A DNA stretch of 64,000 nucleotides, taken from assembly GCA_013540605.1 (NCBI GenBank), contig JABVCK010000029.1:257022-321021 (forward strand), written 5' to 3'. The notes beneath the pieces were generated by a model. It was given only the letters and a program-made list of their open reading frames with translations, had not been told where the DNA came from and searched no databases. This stretch comes from Bacillota bacterium (GTDB lineage Bacteria > Bacillota > Clostridia > Ch29). Every line of letters starts with the position of its first letter. Position 1 is the first letter of the stretch. Below, one piece after another: positions 1-9,291 of the stretch. Both the position numbers and the translations under genes were made by a program.

Positions 1-732
1 GCAGGGATTGTATTTGTCGATGGTTTGAGAATAGACAAGGCGGGGACAAAGGTCGAAATCGGCAGCGAGATCACCGTTAAGGAAGACCCAATTCCCTATG
101 TGGGCAGGGGCGGCGTTAAGCTTGAAAAAGCCCTTAAGCATTTCGGGATGAATGTTAGAGGGAAAAAAGCCCTCGACATCGGAGCGTCTACCGGAGGGTT
201 TACCGATTGCCTGCTGCAGAATGGAGCAGAAAGGGTCTATGCAATCGATGTAGGCTACGGGCAGCTTGACTGGAAGCTCCGCCAGGACCCTAGGGTTGTG
301 GTCATGGAACGTACAAACATCAGATATGTCAAACCGGAAGACATAGGGGAAACGTGTGACATTGCGGTGATTGACGTAGCATTTATCTCTCTGAAGCTGG
401 TTCTTCCGGTGGTGAAAAGCCTGCTTCACGAAGACTGCGAAGTAATCGCTCTCATAAAACCACAGTTTGAAGCAGGGCGGGATAAGGTAGGTAAGAAAGG
501 CATAGTGAAGGACCCGCACGTGCATCTGGAAGTTGTGGAGAGTATTGCCGGCTTTATGCAGGATTTAGGGCTGCGGGTTATGGGGCTGACGTATTCGCCG
601 ATAACGGGCTCGGATGGGAACATCGAATACCTGATATACGGCGCGGGCAAGGGCTACGAAAACCGACCGGGACAGGAGCCGGAAATAGATATAAACCGTG
701 TGGTAGAAGAATCCCACAGCGTCCATGGCTGA
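1..732 (+). CDS. tlyA: TlyA-family 16S/23S rRNA (cytidine-2'-O)-methyltransferase (hemolysin A). The 5' end is cut by the window edge, with the S4 domain starting before position 1.
   Basis: The frame is open from nt 1 (AGIVFVDGLRIDKAG is an S4-like N-terminus). There is an FtsJ-like SAM-binding motif LDIGASTGGFTDCLL. The conserved tlyA-nadK-argR-recN order follows. Confidence 0.8.
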   Translation, partial: AGIVFVDGLRIDKAGTKVEIGSEITVKEDPIPYVGRGGVKLEKALKHFGMNVRGKKALDIGASTGGFTDCLLQNGAERVYAIDVGYGQLDWKLRQDPRVVVMERTNIRYVKPEDIGETCDIAVIDVAFISLKLVLPVVKSLLHEDCEVIALIKPQFEAGRDKVGKKGIVKDPHVHLEVVESIAGFMQDLGLRVMGLTYSPITGSDGNIEYLIYGAGKGYENRPGQEPEIDINRVVEESHSVHG

Positions 733-794
733 AAATGAAGGGAAAACCGTTTTTTTGTAGAATAGTAATGCTGTACGGGAGGGATTCGTGAATT

Positions 795-1685
795 ATGAAT
801 GAAAACAAGATAAAATTCGACAAAATCGGAATAATCCCAAACCTGCACAAGCCTAAAAGCCTGGAAATCGCTTTTCAGCTTATCAGTTGGCTGGAAACAA
901 AGGGGGTTACGGTACTCCTAAATGAGATCACCGCCAACGAGGTACAAAGGCCCGATCTGGCAACAAGGCCTTCCGATATATATAAAAGTTCAGATTTTAT
1001 TATAGTATTGGGCGGGGATGGCACGCTGCTGTCGGTTGCCCGACAGGTCACCTGGTACGAGACGCCGATACTGGGGGTAAACGTGGGGCATCTGGGGTTT
1101 CTTACCGAACTGGAGCTGGAAAATATATACGAAGGCATCGAAAAAATCTACAGGGGCGAGTACAGGGTCGACAAAAGGATGATGCTTGAAGCCGTTGCAG
1201 TTAAGAATAATATGATAACCGAGAGCTTTTCCGCCCTGAACGATGTTGTTATAACCAAGGGCTCCTTTTCGAGGATAGTTCAGCTCAAGACCTTTGTTAA
1301 TAATAGGTATATTGAAACATATCCCGCTGATGGCCTTATAATATCAAGCCCTACGGGTTCAACAGCCTATTCGCTGTCTGCCGGCGGACCCATCCTGAGC
1401 CCCGATGTAAGCGGAATGGTGATTACCCCCATCAGCCCGCACACACTGAACTCAAGGTCCATAGTAATTTCGGATAAGGAAGAGGTCAAGGTAGAGATAG
1501 TAGGGGACCAGAACGACGTTATGTTAACAATAGACGGCCAGCAGGGATACAAGCTTAAGACCGGGGATATTATTATAGTCAGAAAGGCAGAGTTCTCTGC
1601 CAATATGATAAGGCTGACAGACAGAAATTTCTATGATGTTCTCAGGACCAAACTGAACGAGAGAGGATGCAGGAAAGAAGAATAA
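795..1685 (+). CDS. nadK: NAD+ kinase
   Basis: The GGDGTLL motif is present, together with NADK-typical motifs. RBS GGGAGGG lies upstream. The position after tlyA fits the conserved order. Confidence 0.9.
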   Translation: MNENKIKFDKIGIIPNLHKPKSLEIAFQLISWLETKGVTVLLNEITANEVQRPDLATRPSDIYKSSDFIIVLGGDGTLLSVARQVTWYETPILGVNVGHLGFLTELELENIYEGIEKIYRGEYRVDKRMMLEAVAVKNNMITESFSALNDVVITKGSFSRIVQLKTFVNNRYIETYPADGLIISSPTGSTAYSLSAGGPILSPDVSGMVITPISPHTLNSRSIVISDKEEVKVEIVGDQNDVMLTIDGQQGYKLKTGDIIIVRKAEFSANMIRLTDRNFYDVLRTKLNERGCRKEE

Positions 1686-1703
1686 AAATTGGGAGGTAGG
1701 TAA

Positions 1704-2153
1704 ATGAAAGTTGCCCGGCACGCCAAAATCCTTGAATTGATCGAAAACAAAGAAATTGAAACCCAGGAGGAGCTAGCGGAAGAGCTTAAAAAAAGCGGTT
1801 TCAACATTACCCAGGCCACAGTTTCCAGGGATATCAAGGAGTTGCGATTAATCAAGACGCTGAGCGAAACAGGCAAGTATAAGTACACTACTATAAAACC
1901 CCAGGACAGTGAACTTGTCGACCGGCATGTGAAGGTTTTCGCCGATTCAGTATTGTCAATCGATTACGCATCAAATATAGTTGTGATGAAAACCATCCCC
2001 GGTGCTGCACAGGGAGCGGCTGCTGCGATTGATACACTGGATTTGAGCGAGGTGGTCGGCAGCATTGCCGGTGACGATACGATTTTTGTTGTGGTAAGGG
2101 ATCATCAAAGAGCTGTGGAAATTGTGAACAAATTCAAGAAGCTGATAGAATAG
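1704..2153 (+). CDS. argR: Arginine repressor ArgR
   Basis: There is an N-terminal winged-helix region (ELIENKEIETQEELAEELKKSGFNITQATVSRDIKEL) and a C-terminal oligomerisation/arginine-binding domain. It sits in the conserved position before recN. Confidence 0.9.
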   Translation: MKVARHAKILELIENKEIETQEELAEELKKSGFNITQATVSRDIKELRLIKTLSETGKYKYTTIKPQDSELVDRHVKVFADSVLSIDYASNIVVMKTIPGAAQGAAAAIDTLDLSEVVGSIAGDDTIFVVVRDHQRAVEIVNKFKKLIE

Positions 2154-2170
2154 ATTGGGGGTCAACCTTT

Positions 2171-3868
2171 ATGTTGTTGGAACTCAACATTTCCAACTTC
2201 GCGCTGATAGATAATATAAAGGTATCCTTGGAAGAGGGGCTGAACGTCCTGACCGGCGAAACAGGGGCGGGAAAATCCATTATTATTGATGCTGTGAATA
2301 TCGTACTCGGAGAAAGGGCTGACACCGAAATAATACGGACGGGGGCAGAAAGGGCCATGGTAGAAGCCCTATTTGATTATTCGGGTGTAGATGTCATAGA
2401 GGAAATGTTAAGGGAAACCGGAATAGAGCCCGAGCCCGACAGAACACTGGTTTTGAGCAGGGAAATAAAGAGCGGCCGGAGCATAAGCAGGGTTAACGGG
2501 AGGGCTGTTCCTTTGTCCGCCGTCCGGGAGATAAGCAAGCACCTGATCGACCTTCATGGCCAGCACCAGCACCAGTCGCTGCTGGATACCTACAACCATC
2601 TGGATATACTTGACCGGTTCGGCGGGGAAGACCTGCTGAACCTCCGGGCAAAGGTGGAGAGCCTTTACAGCGAGTGGGAGAAGGCTAAGCGTATGCTTGA
2701 GGAGATTTTGAGGAGCGAAAGGGAGAGGCAGAGGGATATAGATATGTATTCGTTTCAAGTCGAGGAGATAGACGCGGCAGCGCTAAGGCCTGGCGAGGAC
2801 GGGGAACTGTCCAGGAAAAGAGAGGTCATGATAAACGCTGAGAAGATATACCAGTCTCTGGCGCAGTGTTACCAACTGCTGTGCCGGAACGATGATATGG
2901 GTATTGCGGTGGTGGACGGACTGAACCAGGCGGGTTCACTGTTAAGCCCTTTCGTACAGATGGATGCTTCCATTGAGGAGTTTTACAGGAGCGTAAGCTC
3001 AGCCTACTATTCGTTAAAGGAAACCTCCCGCGACATCAGGAACTACCTGGAAACGGTGGAGTTTGATCAGCAGGAACTGAACAGGCTGGAAGAAAGGCTT
3101 GACCTGATCAACAAGCTGAAGAGGAAGTACGGAAGTACCATTGAGGAGGTCCTTGAGTACAGGAAACAGAAGGGCAAGGAACTGGACAGGCTGCTGAACA
3201 GCGAGCAGGAAGCGGAAATGACCAGGGAGAGAATCGAAGCGCTGGAGAAAGAGCTTAGCATAATATGTGAAGGTTTGACAAAGCTGCGGGAAGAAACATC
3301 ACAGAGGCTGTCGGAAAGGGTTTCAAAATATATAAGGAAGCTGGGAATGGAAAACGGTGTGTTCAGCGTCAGGATGGATAGCACCAAAGAATTCACATCC
3401 AAGGGTAAAGATGATGTGGAGTTCTTATTCAGCGCAAACCTCGGGGAACCCCTCAAACCCCTGAGCAAAATAGTGTCGGGCGGAGAAATGTCGAGGATAA
3501 TGCTTGCCATAAAGACAGGCCTTGCGGATACCGACAGCATACCCACGCTGATTTTTGATGAGATAGACGTTGGAATAAGCGGGAGGGCGGCCCAGGTGGT
3601 TGCCCAGCAGCTGGCGGAAGTATCGCGAAAGCACCAGGTGGTTTGCGTTACACATCTGCCCCAGATAGCGTCCATGGCCGACAACCATTTTTTGATAAAA
3701 AAAGAGGAAAAAGATGGACATACATACACCAGGCTGAAGGTTCTGGACAGAGATGCCAGGATACAGGAACTGGCAAGATTGCTGGGAGGTGCGCAGGTTA
3801 CCGATATTACCAAACAGCATGCCGGAGAAATGCTTAATATGGCCGAGAATTTAAAAAAAAAGCACTAG
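2171..3868 (+). CDS. recN: DNA repair protein RecN
   Basis: A Walker A motif GETGAGKS is near the N-terminus. There is a long coiled-coil middle section and a C-terminal SMC-like signature. The product is 565 aa. Confidence 0.92.
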   Translation: MLLELNISNFALIDNIKVSLEEGLNVLTGETGAGKSIIIDAVNIVLGERADTEIIRTGAERAMVEALFDYSGVDVIEEMLRETGIEPEPDRTLVLSREIKSGRSISRVNGRAVPLSAVREISKHLIDLHGQHQHQSLLDTYNHLDILDRFGGEDLLNLRAKVESLYSEWEKAKRMLEEILRSERERQRDIDMYSFQVEEIDAAALRPGEDGELSRKREVMINAEKIYQSLAQCYQLLCRNDDMGIAVVDGLNQAGSLLSPFVQMDASIEEFYRSVSSAYYSLKETSRDIRNYLETVEFDQQELNRLEERLDLINKLKRKYGSTIEEVLEYRKQKGKELDRLLNSEQEAEMTRERIEALEKELSIICEGLTKLREETSQRLSERVSKYIRKLGMENGVFSVRMDSTKEFTSKGKDDVEFLFSANLGEPLKPLSKIVSGGEMSRIMLAIKTGLADTDSIPTLIFDEIDVGISGRAAQVVAQQLAEVSRKHQVVCVTHLPQIASMADNHFLIKKEEKDGHTYTRLKVLDRDARIQELARLLGGAQVTDITKQHAGEMLNMAENLKKKH

Positions 3869-3882
3869 ATAGTGCTTTTTTA
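3853..3882 (+). terminator. Rho-independent terminator after recN
   Basis: Hairpin AGCACT-agat-AGTGCT is followed by TTTTTTATTT. The recN stop codon lies inside the stem. Confidence 0.6.
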
Positions 3883-4020
3883 TTTGAAAAAATGGCTAAA
3901 TACACAGTATTTTTATAGCATAAATAGGTTTTTAAAAGGTTAACTTAAAAATAAGAAATCATCATTTCAATTTGGAGGTGGAATTGAAAAAGGCTCTTGG
4001 GCTTGGGAGCGTGATACAGA

Positions 4021-5346
4021 TTGCGGAAATGGCGTAGAGCAGTGCTGATAGCCCTTTTTCTTGCAGTGGCTGTAGCTTCTGCAACTGTTCTGTATGATAT
4101 ATATAGTTTTATTTCCATGCCCCAGGAATATCTGATAGTAGAAGGCGAAGAACAGACATTGGACTTTAAACTCCCACTGAAGATCCATGCTGTCAGCCAA
4201 GAAGGGACAATAAAACTAAACGGGCTTGACATTACGGGCGGCGGCATAGGCTTCATAAGCAGCAAACCCCTGACGATCCAGACCTCAGCTAAAGGCAGTG
4301 CCGTCATAGAGTTTAAACTGTTCGGCTTGATACCCATCAAGAGGATGACGGTGTCCGTCGTTCCGCCGGTTAAAGTAATTCCCGGAGGACAGTCTATAGG
4401 TGTAAAGCTTTATACCCAGGGCGTGCTCGTAGTTGCAGTTGCAGAAGTCACGGGTATCGATGGCAGAGCCTATAACCCCGCTGTTCAGGCCGGAATCGCT
4501 GTAGGAGATTCAATAATTGAGATAAATGGAATAAAGGTAAGGGACGCGGAACACGTTATAAGAATTCTGGAAAACAGCAAGGGAGAAGAAATACCTTTGG
4601 TGATTAAACGGGGCAAACAGACTCTCAACAAGACCATAAAGCCCGTGAAAAGCCATGAGGATGGCAAATACCGTATAGGAGCCTGGGTAAGAGATAAGAC
4701 GGCAGGAGTTGGAACCCTCAGCTTTTTTTGCCCTGAGACCGGGAACTTTGGCGCCCTTGGGCATGCAATAACGGATGTGGACACAGGGCTGATGCTTTCG
4801 GTCGAAGAAGGGGAAATCCTCGAGTCCCGGGTAGCATCTATTCAAAAGGGAGAAAAAAGCAGGCCTGGAGAGATTAGAGGGATTTTTTTTGAAGAGCAGA
4901 ATAAGCTGGGAGTTATCGAAAAGAATACGGAATTCGGCATATACGGGGTGATGAGCAAAATCATTGAAAACCCGTACTATCCTGAACCGATACCGGTTGC
5001 AATGCACCAGCAGGTCAAGGAAGGTTCCGCCCATATCCTGACAACCGTAGATGAAAATGTAGAGATGTATGAGGTCGAGATACAGAGAATAGCACGACAG
5101 TCCTATCCGGAACCGAAGAGCCTAATCATTAAGGTAACGGATAAACGGCTGCTTGAAAAGACAGGCGGTATAGTGCAGGGCATGAGTGGAAGTCCGATCA
5201 TACAAGATGGCAAGCTTGTTGGAATGGTGACTCATGTCTTTGTAAATGACCCCACCCGTGGATACGGGATTTTTGCTGAATGGATGATTTACAATTCCAA
5301 CCTAAATCAAAACGGTGACGCTACCGAGGTTGATAAAGCTGAATAG
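4021..5346 (+). CDS. spoIVB: Stage IV sporulation protein B (SpoIVB), an S55 serine peptidase with a PDZ domain
   Basis: There is an N-terminal membrane anchor, a PDZ-like region (GDSIIEINGIKVRDAEHV) and a C-terminal peptidase with a GMSGSPI serine motif. The start is TTG. The recN-spoIVB-spo0A order is classical. Confidence 0.85.
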   Translation: MRKWRRAVLIALFLAVAVASATVLYDIYSFISMPQEYLIVEGEEQTLDFKLPLKIHAVSQEGTIKLNGLDITGGGIGFISSKPLTIQTSAKGSAVIEFKLFGLIPIKRMTVSVVPPVKVIPGGQSIGVKLYTQGVLVVAVAEVTGIDGRAYNPAVQAGIAVGDSIIEINGIKVRDAEHVIRILENSKGEEIPLVIKRGKQTLNKTIKPVKSHEDGKYRIGAWVRDKTAGVGTLSFFCPETGNFGALGHAITDVDTGLMLSVEEGEILESRVASIQKGEKSRPGEIRGIFFEEQNKLGVIEKNTEFGIYGVMSKIIENPYYPEPIPVAMHQQVKEGSAHILTTVDENVEMYEVEIQRIARQSYPEPKSLIIKVTDKRLLEKTGGIVQGMSGSPIIQDGKLVGMVTHVFVNDPTRGYGIFAEWMIYNSNLNQNGDATEVDKAE

Positions 5347-5442
5347 GAGCCTTAAAGGCCCCTATTCAGCCTATTAATTTGCAGAAAAATATTATTGCAT
5401 AATGAGGAAATCACAGTCAAATTAGATAAATTTGGTATTATA

Positions 5443-5469
5443 GAAGGAATCGATTTTCCTTTGTCGAAT
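5443..5469 (+). promoter_or_regulatory. Candidate sigma-H-type promoter for spo0A with an overlapping Spo0A (0A) box
   Basis: gaAGGAATc-N11-GtcGAAT matches the sigma-H consensus RnAGGAwWW-N11-12-RnnGAAT. TGTCGAA at 5462-5468 matches the 0A-box consensus TGNCGAA. Confidence 0.45.
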
Positions 5470-5512
5470 TACTAAGTTGTCAACCAAAAATATAAGAAAA
5501 GGAGGGCTCCTT

Positions 5513-6307
5513 TTGGCTGAAAAAAAGATAAAAATATTAATAGCCGATGATAACAAAGAATTCTGTGAGATTGTTGGGGACTACCTATCCAGGGAAAACG
5601 ATATTGACCTGGTAGGAACTGCAAATGACGGGTTTGAAGCGTTGGAACTGATTAAAGAAACAAACCCCGATGTAGTGGTGCTTGACATTATCATGCCGCA
5701 CCTGGATGGTTTGGGTGTTTTGGAGAAGCTTAATACACTGGAGATTGAAAAAATGCCTAACATTGTTGTTTTATCGGCGGTAGGACAGGACAAGATTACT
5801 CAGAGGGCGCTGGCGCTGGGTGCGGATTATTACATAGTAAAACCCTTTGACATGCAGATCTTCATCAAGAGAATCCGTCAGATGATGGACAACAATATAA
5901 TACAGGTGGAAAAGAGAAGAAAGAATCAGCCTGAAAACTTCTTCACCGAAGGGCAAAGCCTGGACGTAGAGATAACAAACATAATTCACGAGATAGGCGT
6001 GCCCGCCCATATTAAAGGATACCTGTACCTGCGTGAGGCGATAAAAACCGTGGTGAACGATATAGAACTGCTGAGCGCGGTAACCAAGGAACTGTATCCC
6101 AGCATAGCAAAGAAGTACAATACCACGGCGAGTAGGGTTGAAAGGGCAATAAGGCATGCAATAGAGGTTGCGTGGAGCAGAGGCAAGGTAGATACAATCA
6201 ACAGCCTGTTCGGGTACACCATTCACAACGACAAAGGGAAGCCCACCAACTCTGAATTTATAGCGATGGTTGCCGACAAGATAAGGCTTAAGCAGAGGAT
6301 TGGCTAA
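5513..6307 (+). CDS. spo0A: Sporulation master regulator Spo0A (response regulator)
   Basis: There is a receiver domain ([10 protein letters not shown]...[12 protein letters not shown]) and the Spo0A-specific C-terminal DNA-binding domain ([18 protein letters not shown]). The likely start is TTG at 5513, 5 nt after the RBS AAAAGGAGGG. The upstream ATG at 5477 is also in frame. Confidence 0.9.
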   Translation: MAEKKIKILIADDNKEFCEIVGDYLSRENDIDLVGTANDGFEALELIKETNPDVVVLDIIMPHLDGLGVLEKLNTLEIEKMPNIVVLSAVGQDKITQRALALGADYYIVKPFDMQIFIKRIRQMMDNNIIQVEKRRKNQPENFFTEGQSLDVEITNIIHEIGVPAHIKGYLYLREAIKTVVNDIELLSAVTKELYPSIAKKYNTTASRVERAIRHAIEVAWSRGKVDTINSLFGYTIHNDKGKPTNSEFIAMVADKIRLKQRIG

Positions 6308-6321
6308 AAAAAAAGAGAAAT

Positions 6322-6364
6322 GCACCCCGTTATACACGTGAAAACCTGTAGCGGGGTTTTTTGT
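6322..6364 (+). terminator. Rho-independent terminator after spo0A
   Basis: CACCCCG...CGGGG stem followed by TTTTTTGTTTG. Confidence 0.55.
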
Positions 6365-6444
6365 TTGATTGGGCGCGATTAATACTCAAACGGTGAATAT
6401 TAGCAGGCTAGTAGATGATATATTGGCATTAAACTGGTTTAATT

Positions 6445-7239
6445 TCAATGGAGTGAGGGATTGCCTGTGGTTGGTAAAATACCAACAGTTCCGAAGAATA
6501 CCGTTCGGAAGCTGTTGGTATTTTTATACTGTCTAACGGTTGCTTTCGGGATTTTTGTCTTGTAACAATTTTTCATATTTTCGTAATACCGGATGATAAG
6601 CTTTCCTTGTCTAAGTTGGTCAGGATATTTTGATAAAACAGATTCTAATAAATCCTCTAGGCGGTTCTGACAGTGTGTATTGCCTGGGTCCAAGTAAAGA
6701 GCAATGGCTTCGGAATATTGCCCGGCAAAGGCAGCAGATATTTGATAACCGGTTTTGCCTCTTTTTCTGGGGAAGTATCCTTTATCGGCAAACTCATAGG
6801 TCTTACCACCTGCTATTAGGCCAGACATATCAACATCAACGATGACATCATTATGAGAAGCAGTAGAAAGACTATGTTTGCCAAATAGCTCATTATGAAT
6901 ACTCTGAAGCTGCTTTATGTTTTCCTCACCGGTACGGGTGAGCAGGGTATTAATCTGGGACTGGTCTGGGAAGCGTTCCATACCGAGTAGGTTTGCAGCC
7001 AACTTCTCAGGACCTAATACCTCATTAATGTCTTTGGTAGACTCACAGCCCATGGCTATAGAAGCTATGATAGTAAGTAACTTTTGGTAAACGTAGTATC
7101 TGACTTCCTTCATCTTGAGGCTGAAAGCCTTAAATGGTGCGAAAAAATTAATATCAAGACCAAACTGCAGCACAGATGCCAGCCATGCAGAAGTAGTTTC
7201 CTGGTTGCAATCACTATTTGAAACTGTTATCCTATCCAT
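6445..7239 (-). mobile_element. Truncated DDE transposase. Only the N-terminal roughly 264 aa of an IS4-superfamily (IS1380/IS1634-like) transposase survive, making this an IS remnant.
   Basis: The first-D region reads DVDMSGLIAGGKTYEFADKGYFPRKRGKTGYQISAAFAG...YLDPGNTHCQNRLEDLL. This is the same D...G/K...PGNT architecture as the intact IS1634-like transposase at 12205-13842. The ORF stops after 264 aa. The roughly 130 bp left before the spo0A terminator cannot encode the missing half. Confidence 0.6.
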
Positions 7240-7383
7240 AGGGTAATACCACCTTTCGATTAGTGTTTTGATGAATTATTACTTCGATAGGCTCGGGTAT
7301 TGCCCTCTTTGTATTTGTTGGGGTATTTACCATGGATTATATATCCAATTAATCTTTATTTGTTTGTACTAAATCTAGGTAAC

Positions 7384-8040
7384 TATAATGATTATTTTAC
7401 TCAAGAGGCAAAGAAAAGAAACAGCCGGATATTTATTGCAGATGAAAAAGAAATCCCGGATGGTTATCTGGAAAAGTTTAGATATATTGTTTTCCCGGAA
7501 AATATTGCTATTGCACTGGCTGCAGCTAAAGCGCTAAACATTGACAAGGATACTGCGTTGAGGGGAATGTTAAACGCTGACCCTGATCCGGGCGCCTTAA
7601 TGATATATCCATTAGATAACGAAAGCCCAACATATTTTGTCAATGGTTTTGCCGCCAATGTTCCAAACTCAACACGAATGATCTGGGAGCATATAGCAGC
7701 CATCGGATATCCAACGGAAAACCCCATGGTAATTGTAAATTGCAGACCTGATAGGGTTGATAGGACATTACAGTTTGCAGAAGATGTCTTGCCAAATATG
7801 AATATTGATATTCTCGTTGCAATGGGTCAGACAGTGAAACCAATTACTGAAGGGGTAAATACTAAAAAATATCTCCACAGAAATACATAAATGCTGAAGG
7901 TTTGTCTCCACATGAGGTTTATAAAATAATTAAGGATTATTTTTTAAACAGAATAATTTTTGGCGTTGGAAACATTCACGGCGGCGGGGAAGAATTGGTC
8001 GAACTAATAATTACGGATAAAGTGCCGCAATTACTTTAGA
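7384..8040 (+). pseudogene. pgsB: C-terminal remnant of poly-gamma-glutamate synthase PgsB/CapB. It is truncated at the 5' side by the IS remnant and frameshifted near the 3' end.
   Basis: Collinear with B. anthracis CapB residues about 190-end. The segment KKRNSRIFIADEKEIPDGYLEKFRYIVFPENIAIALAAAKALNIDKDTALRGMLNADPDPGALMIYPL...FVNGFAANVPNSTRMIWEHIAAIGYPTENPMVIVNCRPDRVDRTLQFAEDVLP aligns to KERNTKVIIADNSKITDEYLRKFEYMVFPDNASLALGVAQALGIDEETAFKGMLNAPPDPGAMRILPL...FVNGFAANDAS...IMNCRADRVDRTQQFANDVLP. The last part (NRIIFGVGNIHGGGEELVELI vs NRVIYGVGNIHGAAEPLIEKI) is in a different frame. The switch is at an A6 run around 7862-7880. The N-terminal roughly 190 codons are absent. Confidence 0.75.
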
Positions 8041-8097
8041 AATCTTAAATATGAAATAAAAGGGTTTCAGTAAATCTTATTGCGAGGGAGGTGTGAA

Positions 8098-8331
8098 ATG
8101 AATACTTTATACGGGCTAATACAGAACAGACAAGACATGAACACATCGGGAACTATCAGAAAAAACAGTCAGAATGAAGCTCTTGCGGTTTTTAATGCTT
8201 TAACGTTGAAAGAAAAATGCCTGTATCTTATTAAGATCAGCAAGAGGAATACCAGCGATCAAGCGCTTGTGCTGATGGGATTAGCTCTATCGATTATTGC
8301 TGTGAATTATCTGTTTTCTGTCATTATTTAA
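8098..8331 (+). CDS. Hypothetical small protein with a C-terminal transmembrane helix
   Basis: RBS GAGGGAGG lies 5 nt before ATG 8098. It encodes 77 aa with a hydrophobic C-terminus (ALVLMGLALSIIAVNYLFSVII). No recognisable family. Confidence 0.4.
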   Translation: MNTLYGLIQNRQDMNTSGTIRKNSQNEALAVFNALTLKEKCLYLIKISKRNTSDQALVLMGLALSIIAVNYLFSVII

Positions 8332-8349
8332 GAAAGGAGTGAGATAAGC

Positions 8350-9219
8350 ATGAAAAAAGAATTTATCAAAATTCTAGCTTTAGTTGTAGTGTTTACATTT
8401 GGTATTGGTATAAGCACATATGCCTTCACAACAGGTTATAGTAGTTTTGATGAACTATTTGCATCTGAAGATGGTGCAGATTATACAATTAAAACTGATA
8501 TCGGAAGCGATACAACAATTTTAGCTCTCCACGGAGGCGGTATTGAAAGAGGTACTTCGGAATTAGTTGAAGCATTGAGCGGGTACGGTGAATATAACAC
8601 TTACTTATTTGAAGGACTTAAAGAGACTAATAATTGGAGTCTTTTTTTAAGGGCCATCGATTTTGACGAACCAACAGCCGTCAGTTTAGTCCAAGATTCG
8701 GATTACACTCTTTCAGTTATCGGAGCTGCAGGCGATGACGAGGTTACTTATATCGGTGGTCAGAATAAGTTGCTGGCAGAACTGATCAGATTGCATCTTA
8801 TTACCAAAGGATATAAGGTAAAAACTTTAAGCCTTCCTGATCGCATTGCCGGGATTATGGACAGCAATATAGTGAATAAGAATAAATTGCTTAATGGCAG
8901 TTATCAGATCGGCGGCGTTCAGATAGCTATTTCCAAAGGTTTAAGAGATAAACTCGTAGCTGACTCCAGTATATTAAACGATTATTCAGACTCCATCCAT
9001 GAAGCGCTAAGCGAAAGCTGGCCAATAATAGTTTCCCACTTGCAGAAAATTACTAAATCCGGCGGGTCTAAATCTAATGGGGTTAACGGGTTTTTGAATA
9101 AGCTTAACCCTTCAAAGCCTAACTTCGATAAGAAGATAAATAAGATATTAGAAAAAGATGCAAAGACTCCCCAGGATTTACTTGAAAATGTTGAAGACGA
9201 TCTATTGACAGAAGAGTGA
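8350..9219 (+). CDS. PghP-family poly-gamma-glutamate hydrolase paralogue (secreted). It is likely catalytically impaired.
   Basis: Signal peptide present. There is a conserved HGGGIERGTSEL block and a DFDEP block. The paralogue's SIHG His is Ile here (SVIGAAG). The LEIS Glu is Ala here (GGVQIAIS). Confidence 0.7.
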   Translation: MKKEFIKILALVVVFTFGIGISTYAFTTGYSSFDELFASEDGADYTIKTDIGSDTTILALHGGGIERGTSELVEALSGYGEYNTYLFEGLKETNNWSLFLRAIDFDEPTAVSLVQDSDYTLSVIGAAGDDEVTYIGGQNKLLAELIRLHLITKGYKVKTLSLPDRIAGIMDSNIVNKNKLLNGSYQIGGVQIAISKGLRDKLVADSSILNDYSDSIHEALSESWPIIVSHLQKITKSGGSKSNGVNGFLNKLNPSKPNFDKKINKILEKDAKTPQDLLENVEDDLLTEE

Positions 9220-9248
9220 CCTAAAAAAGTATTTGCTATAAATCCTAT

Positions 9249-9284
9249 AAGGCTGGAGCTGCCAAAGGTAGCTTGCCAGCCTTT
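9249..9284. terminator. Bidirectional terminator between convergent hydrolase genes
   Basis: AAGGCTGG...CCAGCCTT stem in the 72-bp gap between convergent ORFs. Confidence 0.5.
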
Positions 9285-9291
9285 CGCTATA

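Noticed and set aside
3067-3813. 248-aa ORF on the minus strand
   Set aside because: It lies entirely antisense to recN. The product is low-complexity and Ser/Leu-rich, with no RBS or homology. It is a shadow ORF.
5771-6337. 188-aa minus-strand ORF
   Set aside because: Antisense to spo0A. It is a shadow ORF.
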